Shown here: positions 49,536-57,641 of the stretch, in pieces
Position numbering within the stretch: the stretch's first letter is position 1
Layout of the letters: the number at the start of each line of letters is the position of its first letter
Assembly (NCBI GenBank): GCA_023418925.1
Contig: JAEZYS010000009.1
Span: 10,516 to 74,515, forward strand
Source: Bacillota bacterium
Lineage (GTDB): Bacteria > Bacillota > Clostridia > Oscillospirales > Ruminococcaceae
DNA: 64,000 bases
Direction: 5' to 3'
Notes under the pieces: model-generated
Seen by the model: the letters and a program-made list of their open reading frames with translations, nothing else
What the model was told of the DNA's origin: nothing
Databases searched by the model: none
Translations under genes and position numbers: made by a program

Positions 49536-50843
49536 ATGACTTTATCAGAATGGAAAGATAAAAATTTAACAAAAAAGATGTATGCACATTTTGATAAAAG
49601 AGTAACAATTAATGATGCGTGGGATTATATATGTAGCCCTGAAATTGTTGCCAAGCATGGCTTCTATCCTTTTATACACTACATACAAGAATTTAATAAA
49701 TACAGCCAAGCTACGGGTATAAAGCCTAAAAAGCGAGAGATTTGTTACTCTGCACATTTAGATAGATGTATTTATCAATACTATTCTTTTTTATTAAATG
49801 AAAAATACAATATCAGAGTTAACAGAGACGGTTTAAATACTGTTGCTGTTGCATATAGAAATAATCTTGGTTATAATAATATTGATTTTTCTAAGCTTGC
49901 TTTTAATTTTATAAAAAAGTTTAAATCATGCTATATTATGGTTGGAGATTTTACGAGTTTTTTTGATAATTTGGATCATCAATACCTAAAAAAACGGCTT
50001 TGCGATTTATTGGAAGTAGATATTCTTCCGCCTGATTATTATGCTGTTTACAAAAATATTACTAGATATGCAAAGTGGGAATTATCCGATTTATTAAAGC
50101 TAAATGGATTGTCTAACAGCAAGGCTGATCGGCATAAATTAAATTCAAAAGAAAGCATACTTACACTAGAACAATTTAAAAAATATAAAAAACAATATGT
50201 TAGCAAGCACTCAGAACCATATGGCATTCCTCAAGGCTCAGCTATAAGTGCAGTATTAGCGAATATTTATATGCTGAATGCGGACAAAGACATTAATGAA
50301 TATATACATAAATGCAATGGTATGTATATGCGATATAGTGATGATTTTATAGTTATAATTCCAACAGCACAAGAACAATTTAAGTGCCATTACGAATGGA
50401 TCATGAGTTATTTGAAAACACTTTCAGGTATTGAGCTTTCACCCGAAAAAACTAAATTATTCAAGTATGACAGCTATAATATTAGTTGTTGTAATACTGA
50501 GCTAGGCATAACTGCCGGTAACGAAAAAAACATTTTGAACTTCCTTGGATTTTCATTTGATGGCAAGGAGATTACAATTAGGGATAAGACTATTTCAAAA
50601 TACTATTATAAAATGTATCGTAAAGCACGTACGATAAGCAAGAAAAAGTTAATAACTAATAAAGGAAACAGAATATCTTGCAAAAATCTTTATGAAAAGC
50701 ATTCTATAAAAGGTGCAAAAGATAATAGAGGAAATTTTCTCACATATGTATACCATGCAAATAAAGCATATCAACATGGTGAACCGATAGGACGTGCAAC
50801 TAAAAATCATATGGCTAAAATCAGGAAAGCATTAAATGAATAA
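49536..50843 (+). CDS. Reverse transcriptase (stand-alone; defence-associated/Abi-like class undetermined)
   Basis: RT motifs: 1/2 KKREICYSAHLDRCIYQYYSFLL; A VGDFTSFFDNLDH; B' PQGSAISAVLANIYM; C YMRYSDDFIV (YxDD); D/E and thumb LNFLGFSF. No maturase, endonuclease or retron VTG motif. 435 aa. Confidence 0.85.
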   Translation: MTLSEWKDKNLTKKMYAHFDKRVTINDAWDYICSPEIVAKHGFYPFIHYIQEFNKYSQATGIKPKKREICYSAHLDRCIYQYYSFLLNEKYNIRVNRDGLNTVAVAYRNNLGYNNIDFSKLAFNFIKKFKSCYIMVGDFTSFFDNLDHQYLKKRLCDLLEVDILPPDYYAVYKNITRYAKWELSDLLKLNGLSNSKADRHKLNSKESILTLEQFKKYKKQYVSKHSEPYGIPQGSAISAVLANIYMLNADKDINEYIHKCNGMYMRYSDDFIVIIPTAQEQFKCHYEWIMSYLKTLSGIELSPEKTKLFKYDSYNISCCNTELGITAGNEKNILNFLGFSFDGKEITIRDKTISKYYYKMYRKARTISKKKLITNKGNRISCKNLYEKHSIKGAKDNRGNFLTYVYHANKAYQHGEPIGRATKNHMAKIRKALNE

Positions 50844-50904
50844 ATGAAAATAAAGGGTACAAACAATACTTGTATCCTTGATTTTTTATATAAAAACATT
50901 AAAG

Positions 50905-51150
50905 CTATTTATTCCGGTTTGTTTTATTTAATTCGCTGTCAGAACGCCTTAATTTATTCACTTCATATGTAATTAATTCTTCAGGCGTTGGTCGGGTTCC
51001 TTTACAAGGGATTTTAACCCACTCAGCGTGAATAGTTGGATCTGGATTAGAAAACCCCTCATCAATTGCTTTTTGAAGCTCAATCAATACTTGTTTTCTG
51101 CTAACACCATCTTTTTTCGCAATTATATCTATTGCCTTTTTTACATCCAT
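50905..51150 (-). CDS. Spo0A C-terminal-domain-like small DNA-binding protein
   Basis: MDVKKAIDIIAKKDGVSRKQVLIELQKAIDEGFSNPD...KGTRPTPEELITYEVNKL parallels the Spo0A_C pattern (..RVERAIRHAIEVAW...KPTNSEFIA..A.KL). Confidence 0.5.
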   Translation of the reverse strand: MDVKKAIDIIAKKDGVSRKQVLIELQKAIDEGFSNPDPTIHAEWVKIPCKGTRPTPEELITYEVNKLRRSDSELNKTNRNK

Positions 51151-51278
51151 TTTAAACCTCCATAATATCTTAAATATTCTATGTATAATAATTATAGAGT
51201 AAATAACTCTATATGTCAATAGTGTATATAACTCTACGGTATAATATTAGTAACGAAATGAATATTGAGGGTGTTGAT

Positions 51279-51503
51279 ATGCATTATACACAGCGAATTA
51301 GAGATTTAAGAGAAGATTTGGATTTACGGCAGAAAGATGTAGCTGATTTATTAAATGTAGGTCAAAAAACTTATTCAGATTATGAATTAGGTAAAAGCCG
51401 CATACCAGTTGACAGTATTATTATTCTTGCAAAATTTTATAATGTCAGTTTAGATTATATATGTGGTGTTAGCAATGATAAACATCAATTCCCTGTAAAA
51501 TGA
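51279..51503 (+). CDS. XRE-family HTH transcriptional regulator
   Basis: IRDLREDLDLRQKDVADLLNVGQKTYSDYELGKSRIPVDSIIILAKFYNVSLDYICG is a classic Cro/CI-type HTH. Confidence 0.8.
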   Translation: MHYTQRIRDLREDLDLRQKDVADLLNVGQKTYSDYELGKSRIPVDSIIILAKFYNVSLDYICGVSNDKHQFPVK

Positions 51504-52303
51504 GGTGCAGTATGGAACTAAAAATGACAATGGGTGAAAAGCTGAAAGATTTACGCACAGAAAAAGGCTTAACCACAAAGGAAGTCAGCCAGCTTACTGG
51601 AATTTCTGAGGCTGTTTACAACGGACTTGAGAACGATGCCGACCGTGATACTGGTTACAGCAGAATTGTTGCACTTGCAAAGTTTTATGATGTTCCTACG
51701 GATTATCTGCTTGGATTTACAGAAAGCCGTATCACAAAAAATATTGAGCTGAAAGAATTACAGTTGACTGATAAAGCTATTAATGTACTGCTTTCTAAAA
51801 ATCAGAATAATCATTTGCTTAGCAAATTGATTGAGCATAAGGATTTTTCAAACTTGATAAACTCCATTGATGTATATGTCCGTCAGCTTGCTGCTCCGCA
51901 TATCGGAACTGTCAATAATATGCTGAAAATTGCACAGCATGGCGTTCAAAATTATTATTCAGATAACAAGCCAAAGCCAGAAGATTTTAACAATGCTATG
52001 AATTATATGAATGAAACGGTTGTTAATGAGGACGATTTTCTGCGTTTTCGTATATCAGAGAGGTTTAATCAGATTTTGCGTGATGTTTATGATGTGTATG
52101 CTAATAATAATGATGATGATAAGCCGCAGAATACAACAAATGAAGTTACTGGACATATGGTTGATGTGCTTAATATGGTAAAGTCAGGCGAATTAAAGCT
52201 TGATACCCCTGAAGATGCGGTTGCTGTTATGATGGAGCGGATGGGAGCTTCACAAACAGAAATGCTATCCCTATTTGATGAACTGTTTGGTGGGGATGAA
52301 TAA
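51500..52303 (+). CDS. XRE-family HTH regulator with extended C-terminal domain
   Basis: N-terminal LKDLRTEKGLTTKEVSQLTGISEAVYNGLEN... is an HTH. ~190-aa C-terminal domain of unknown function. Start overlaps the upstream stop. Confidence 0.7.
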   Translation: MRCSMELKMTMGEKLKDLRTEKGLTTKEVSQLTGISEAVYNGLENDADRDTGYSRIVALAKFYDVPTDYLLGFTESRITKNIELKELQLTDKAINVLLSKNQNNHLLSKLIEHKDFSNLINSIDVYVRQLAAPHIGTVNNMLKIAQHGVQNYYSDNKPKPEDFNNAMNYMNETVVNEDDFLRFRISERFNQILRDVYDVYANNNDDDKPQNTTNEVTGHMVDVLNMVKSGELKLDTPEDAVAVMMERMGASQTEMLSLFDELFGGDE

Positions 52304-52416
52304 TATATCTTCTAAAAAGCTGAGGCAAACAATGTTTGTATTAGGTCAATGTGATTAATTATTATGGTATAATTAATATGAATATTTATATCTATTTGGA
52401 ACAGGGCGTGATAGTA

Positions 52417-54159
52417 ATGAAAGATACTGAACAAAAAGCTGCTGCTAAAAAGTTTGCAGAATACTGGAAAGATAAAGGCTATGAAAAAGGTGAAAGCCAG
52501 CCATTTTGGTTAGAGCTTTTGCAAAATATTTATGGTGTTGAAAATCCTGCTCATTATATAACTTTTGAAGAACAAGTACATCTTGACCATACAAGTTTTA
52601 TTGATGGTCATATCCTTGCTACACATGTTCTGATTGAACAAAAAAGCAAAGGCAAAAATCTTAAAGCAGGAATAAAGCAATCAGACGGCAGTATTCTTTC
52701 ACCTTTTCAACAAGCAAAAAGGTATGCGGCAGAACTGCCTTATTCTAAGCGTCCACGATGGATTGTTACCTGCAATTTTGAAGAATTTTTAGTTTATGAT
52801 ATGGAAAAGCCTAACGGTGAGCCTGAACAGATATTTTTAAAGGATTTAGCAAAAGAATATTATCGTTTAAATTTTCTTGTTGATACGGCGGACGAAAATA
52901 TCAAAAAGGAAATGGAGCTTTCTTTAAAGGCTGGCGAAATTGTCGGCGTTCTTTATGATGAAATTCTAAAAGAATATGATAACCCGAGTGATGCACAAAC
53001 GCTCAAAAGCTTAAATATGCTTTGCGTTCGGCTTGTATTTTGTTTATATGCTGAGGATGCAGGCATTTTTGGCACTCATGAAATGTTTGGCAAGTATCTT
53101 AAGGGTTTTCAAGTAAAAGATGTCCGCAAGGCTTTAATTGAGCTGTTTAAGGTTCTTGATATAAAATCAGAAGACCGTGATAAATATATGGATAATGATT
53201 TAGCGGCTTTTCCATATGTCAACGGCGGACTTTTTGCTAATGAAGATATTGAAATTCCACGCTTTAACGAAAAAATAGTTAGATTACTTATTGAAAATGC
53301 AAGCGAGGGCTTTGATTGGAGCGATATTTCACCTACTATCTTTGGTGCTGTTTTTGAAAGCACATTAAATCCTGAAACACGTCGAAGCGGTGGTATGCAC
53401 TATACGTCAATTGAAAATATCCACAAGGTTATCGACCCTCTTTTCATGGATGAGCTTAAAGCAGAACTTGATGAAATCAAGCTGATAAAAGTTGAAAAAT
53501 CCCGAAACAAACGACTGGAGGAGTTTCAGCAAAAGCTTTCAGAACTTAAATTTCTTGACCCTGCCTGCGGTTCAGGCAACTTTTTGACTGAAACTTATAT
53601 TTCATTAAGACGGCTTGAAAATGATGTTCTTTCAACACTGACACATAACGAAGGAGGAATATCAAAGCTTTTTAATAAAATTAAAAGCTCTGATCAGCTT
53701 TTTGATGAGTGGATACTGAAAACCATTATAAAATCAATACCGTCTGGTAAAAAACTGAATGAAATGTTTAATGTTCTTATTGAAAGCATTAATGAAAATG
53801 ATGATATAATAAAACAAAAGGAAGCATTTGAGCGCTTTTTAATGGATGTTGACGGATATGTTGATAACCTTGATGAGCTAATGAAGCAGTATGACAAGAT
53901 TGAAAATATTCAAAAAGAAATTGCTGACATATACTATTTTTTGATAGGCAGAGAAAATGCTGCTGGTTTAAATATCGATGATTGTGAAGTGTCTATAAAA
54001 AAACTGACGAACAAATTCGTCATATTGAATATGAAAGGCTTTCAGATAACTATTACAATTCATTTGATAAACTATGCGAAGCAAGGGATTTATGCGGTGA
54101 GGCAAACGTCGCAAAAGAATACGCTAATACCGAGTATAAAAAAGCACAAAGGCAAGTAA
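52417..54159 (+). CDS. MmeI-like (type IIL/IIG RM) N-terminal PD-ExK nuclease + helical + truncated methyltransferase
   Basis: Colinear similarity to MmeI. Nuclease D...EQK (HILATHVLIEQKSKG versus MmeI DLFWPGILLIEMKSRG). RWIVTCNFEEF versus RYVLVCDFQRF. LVFCLYAEDAGIF versus LLFCLFAEDTTIF. LAAFPYVNGGLF...GMHYTSIENIHKVIDPLFMDEL versus the MmeI helical/linker. AdoMet motif I FLDPACGSGNFL. No motif IV (NPPF/Y) or TRD follows. The last ~55 residues are low-complexity, non-protein-like. Confidence 0.7.
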   Translation: MKDTEQKAAAKKFAEYWKDKGYEKGESQPFWLELLQNIYGVENPAHYITFEEQVHLDHTSFIDGHILATHVLIEQKSKGKNLKAGIKQSDGSILSPFQQAKRYAAELPYSKRPRWIVTCNFEEFLVYDMEKPNGEPEQIFLKDLAKEYYRLNFLVDTADENIKKEMELSLKAGEIVGVLYDEILKEYDNPSDAQTLKSLNMLCVRLVFCLYAEDAGIFGTHEMFGKYLKGFQVKDVRKALIELFKVLDIKSEDRDKYMDNDLAAFPYVNGGLFANEDIEIPRFNEKIVRLLIENASEGFDWSDISPTIFGAVFESTLNPETRRSGGMHYTSIENIHKVIDPLFMDELKAELDEIKLIKVEKSRNKRLEEFQQKLSELKFLDPACGSGNFLTETYISLRRLENDVLSTLTHNEGGISKLFNKIKSSDQLFDEWILKTIIKSIPSGKKLNEMFNVLIESINENDDIIKQKEAFERFLMDVDGYVDNLDELMKQYDKIENIQKEIADIYYFLIGRENAAGLNIDDCEVSIKKLTNKFVILNMKGFQITITIHLINYAKQGIYAVRQTSQKNTLIPSIKKHKGK

Positions 54160-57100
54160 ATATTCTTGAAGCAGCAGAAATTTATAATAAATACAAAGCC
54201 ACACAAGCTGTAATTGATGCAAAAACCAGTGAACTAAGCAGAATTAATAAGGGTGATAACGAAACAAGATATAATGATTTGGTTTTTTCGTTATTACAGG
54301 AGTATAATAAAAAACGGCTTGATTTGGAGGGAAAAATATCTTCTTATAAGGAATCCCTTATTGAAATAAAAAACACGTTGGAAAGCCTTGATAACGAAAA
54401 GGCAGTAATCCAAAATAACCGTTTCGAATTATCTCAAAAAACCGGCAGATTAGATGAATCGCTTAAAAGTTTTTTAAATTATGAGAAGGCCTTGTTTGAT
54501 GAACTGGATATCCCTTTAATACGCTCAATTACATTGGAATATGATGAAGCGGATATTAAATTTGTGCAGGACAGCTTTAAACTTAAAAGGAACTCATTAT
54601 TTGAAATGCAGAAAACTTGCGAAAAGGAAATAGAGTGTTTGGGGGTTAATAAAGAGCAGCTTAAAAAAGAGGAAGCTTCAAAGCATGAGCATTCCTCTGA
54701 TTTAAAAATCAATATTGTAAAATCAGAGGATGATATTAAACAATATAAAATATCTGAAGAAAAAGCTTTGTCCGCTATACGTAATTTAGAGCTGAGCAGT
54801 GCTGATTTATTTAACATGAGCCTTAATATTATTAATCTTGACATTAAAGAAAAGAACTTAATAAGCAAACTGGATGGTTACAAATTAAAGCTTAATTCAC
54901 AAAAGGAGTATCTTGAGTCTATAAAGAATGGTTCTGCACATATTTCTCCTGAGTTTTCGGACAAGCTAAGAAAGCTTAATATCGACTTTGAAATTGGCGA
55001 GAAATTTTTGCTTGAAGAAGATAACGAAGACCATCGCAGACAGCTTTTAAGCAACAATCCAATGCTGCCATTTTGCTATATTGTCAAGCGAAAAGACTAT
55101 GAGATAATAAAAAATACAGATTTTGAGGGCAGTATAAATAAAGTTATTCCAATAATCACGTTTGAAGATGCTGATATAAATGCTTCATTATCAAAAAAAG
55201 CAGTGGAAATTAACGATAATAAAATGCTTGTTTGTTTATATAACAAGGAATGTATTGATGAGCAAAGCAAGAAAATATTTATCGAAAATCTTGAGAATGA
55301 TATTGAAAAGCTGCAAAGCTCTGCTGAAACAATTCAAAAAGATTTGGAGCAGTTTAGAGTTAATAAAAATGATATTATAAGCTTTAATTATGAAAGAGAT
55401 TATTTTACTCGGAAAAATGATGAACTAAAAAAATTTAATGACAGCTTTAATATTACCCAAAATAGGCTTCAAGTTATAGCAGAAGAAATTAAACAAAACG
55501 ATGAAAGAACTGCTCTTTTAACACAAAATCTTAACGAACTAAAATTAAGTTCAGTTAAAAACAATGAAAATGAAACTCGTTTCAATAAGTATCTTGATGA
55601 AAATGCAGTATATTTATCAAATTATAATGATTTTCAAAGCGTTAAAACGCAGATAAGTATTTATGAAAAGAGATATCTTGAAATCGACGCTCTAATAAAA
55701 GAATTTATGGGCAATGAAAAGGATTTTTCTGATAAAGAGCGAAAAACTAGTTCCGACCTTGAAAAAATTAAGGAGAAAGCATCGTCGTTAGATAGTTCAA
55801 TAATCGGCGAAGCTTTAAACCTGCCCATTGAACAAATGGAGATTGAATATCAAAATATTTTAAGCGGAATTAAGCATAGTATTGATGAAATAGAAAGAGC
55901 TATCAAATCTGCAAACGATCAAATAAGTGACCATAACAAAAAGCTAATGAGATATTCTGACTATAAAGATGAATATACAAATCCTGATATTGTTTTTAGT
56001 GATGAAATATTTGATAATGCAGAATATAACGAGAAAAATAAGCAGGTTATTTTTGAAACAGCAAGCGAAACGGCACATACAGCTGAAATTGAGCATGGTA
56101 AATGCGAAGGTGAATTCAATGCTGATAAAAAAAGTTTAGAATCAGCAGGGTTTACTATGCCAATCGATAGAAATTATATCAAGCGTGATTTTGAAAAAAG
56201 GCGCAAAGATTTAAAGAGTAAAAAAGATGATATAATCGAACGAAAAAATGCAAATCTGCGTTTGCAAAAAGCTTGCTTAGAAAGAATTAACAAGCTTGAC
56301 AATTGCTTCGGTTCATTCGAAAAGTCAGGAAGATTTAGAACGGATGACATTACATCAATTAATCCAGCAGAATTGAAAGAACGTCTTAAAATAGCTGTTT
56401 CAGAAAAGGATAGACTGTACAAAGACCTTTCAAATACTTTTAATAAGGTCAATTCTAAATATGCCAAATGCGAATATGTGGTTATTTTAGATTTTATCTC
56501 AAATATGAGTGTTGAACAGGCGGTAACCTTTGAAGACAGCTTTGCTATTTTCGAGCGGGTAAAAAACTGTCAGGAATGTTTGTCTGATGAACTTGCAGTG
56601 GCTATAAATACGCTTGAAAATGTTGAAAATCAGAAAACTACACTTATAAGGCATGCTGTTGAGCATGGCAAAAAGCTTTATAATGAAGCCAAAACTATGG
56701 CGAATAAATCGCTTGTTAAAATTGACGGCAGGTCAAGACAAATGCTTTATATAGATATTCCCGAAAGTTATGATTCGGACTGCGAAAATTCTATGAGGCG
56801 TTATCTTGAAAAATTTCTTGCTGAAATACGTAGTGATACTGCTAATATTATTGAACAAAAACAAAAGCTATATCGAAAGATTTCGGCAGTTTTTGCTGAC
56901 CGGGAATTACTAAATATAGTTATTGGCAAAAGGAATGTATCTGTTTCGCTATATAAGGTTGATGCTACAAACAGCAATGGCTGTCTGCGAAAATGGGAAG
57001 ATGTCTGCATTGAAAATTCAGGCGCACAGATGTTTATATCTGCATTTGCTTTTATTTCAACTTTAATGGACTACACTCGAAATAAAACTCTTGAACAAAA

Positions 57101-57425
57101 CGGCGGCGAAAATCTTAAAACCACAAAATCATTCATTATTGACAATCCTTTTGGAGAAATGTCCTCAAAGCCTTTTATGGATGCGATGGTAGCTGTTTCA
57201 GAAAAGTTCACAATGCAGCTTATTTGTCTATCTGATTTAAGCCAAAGCTCTATAACAAATAAATTTAATGTTATTTATCAGCTTGCGTTAAGAACACCTG
57301 TATGCAGTAATAAGTCTTATTTACAGGTTGTCAATACGGTTACAAACAGCGATGTTCATAAATATGATAAGCTTGAACATACCTCTATGAGCATAATAAG
57401 TACTGAACAGTTATCATTGTTTTAA
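53988..57425 (+). CDS. Long coiled-coil protein with SMC/Rad50-like C-terminal head half (signature + degenerate Walker B; no Walker A). Frame is open from 53988 and the first start codon (TTG) is at 54279
   Basis: ~880 aa of heptad-rich Lys/Glu sequence. The C-terminus NSGAQMFISAFAFISTLMDY...KSFIIDNPFGEMSSKPFMDAM resembles an ABC signature motif followed by Walker B/D-loop (compare SbcC LFLDEPFGTLD). No GxxGxGK[ST] anywhere. Overlaps the previous ORF by 172 nt in the -1 frame. An A7 run at 53997-54003 sits at the frame junction. Confidence 0.6.
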   Translation, partial: SVYKKTDEQIRHIEYERLSDNYYNSFDKLCEARDLCGEANVAKEYANTEYKKAQRQVNILEAAEIYNKYKATQAVIDAKTSELSRINKGDNETRYNDLVFSLLQEYNKKRLDLEGKISSYKESLIEIKNTLESLDNEKAVIQNNRFELSQKTGRLDESLKSFLNYEKALFDELDIPLIRSITLEYDEADIKFVQDSFKLKRNSLFEMQKTCEKEIECLGVNKEQLKKEEASKHEHSSDLKINIVKSEDDIKQYKISEEKALSAIRNLELSSADLFNMSLNIINLDIKEKNLISKLDGYKLKLNSQKEYLESIKNGSAHISPEFSDKLRKLNIDFEIGEKFLLEEDNEDHRRQLLSNNPMLPFCYIVKRKDYEIIKNTDFEGSINKVIPIITFEDADINASLSKKAVEINDNKMLVCLYNKECIDEQSKKIFIENLENDIEKLQSSAETIQKDLEQFRVNKNDIISFNYERDYFTRKNDELKKFNDSFNITQNRLQVIAEEIKQNDERTALLTQNLNELKLSSVKNNENETRFNKYLDENAVYLSNYNDFQSVKTQISIYEKRYLEIDALIKEFMGNEKDFSDKERKTSSDLEKIKEKASSLDSSIIGEALNLPIEQMEIEYQNILSGIKHSIDEIERAIKSANDQISDHNKKLMRYSDYKDEYTNPDIVFSDEIFDNAEYNEKNKQVIFETASETAHTAEIEHGKCEGEFNADKKSLESAGFTMPIDRNYIKRDFEKRRKDLKSKKDDIIERKNANLRLQKACLERINKLDNCFGSFEKSGRFRTDDITSINPAELKERLKIAVSEKDRLYKDLSNTFNKVNSKYAKCEYVVILDFISNMSVEQAVTFEDSFAIFERVKNCQECLSDELAVAINTLENVENQKTTLIRHAVEHGKKLYNEAKTMANKSLVKIDGRSRQMLYIDIPESYDSDCENSMRRYLEKFLAEIRSDTANIIEQKQKLYRKISAVFADRELLNIVIGKRNVSVSLYKVDATNSNGCLRKWEDVCIENSGAQMFISAFAFISTLMDYTRNKTLEQNGGENLKTTKSFIIDNPFGEMSSKPFMDAMVAVSEKFTMQLICLSDLSQSSITNKFNVIYQLALRTPVCSNKSYLQVVNTVTNSDVHKYDKLEHTSMSIISTEQLSLF

Positions 57426-57469
57426 GCGAAAGCACACAAAAGCGTCTTTAGATTGTCTTGAGTTTCATT

Positions 57470-57640
57470 CCTTTGAGTCAGTTAAACGCACGTTTTAATG
57501 CATCATGCTGCGTTTAAAATGCGTTAAAATTACGAATGAAGCATAAATTCTTCAGTTTTAAAAAAACGCTTGCATTCTAATGCGCAATTATGCTATAATA
57601 AAGTAAATCTAACGCACGCGTGTGTTAAATGAGGTGTTAA
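57470..57640 (+). promoter_or_regulatory. Promoter plus palindromic operator array upstream of the AlbA_2 gene
   Basis: TTAAACGCA (57479) and inverted TGCGTTTAA (57510), additional copies ATGCGTTAAAAT and TAACGCACGCGTGTGTTAA. Sigma-70-like TTGCAT-18-TATAAT at ~57566-57595. Confidence 0.5.
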
Positions 57641-57641
57641 A

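Noticed and set aside
49536-50843. Classical retron (msr/msd + RT) interpretation of the RT locus
   Set aside because: The RT is ~100 aa longer than typical retron RTs and lacks the conserved VTG motif in the region after YxDD. I could not identify a1/a2 flanking inverted repeats with a conserved branching G context. It was left as an unclassified defence-type RT.
52351-52416. Upstream extension (MINYYGIINMNIYIYLEQGVIV) of the MmeI-like ORF
   Set aside because: The extension is AT-rich promoter-like sequence. Homology to MmeI begins at MKDTEQ, so the start was placed at 52417.
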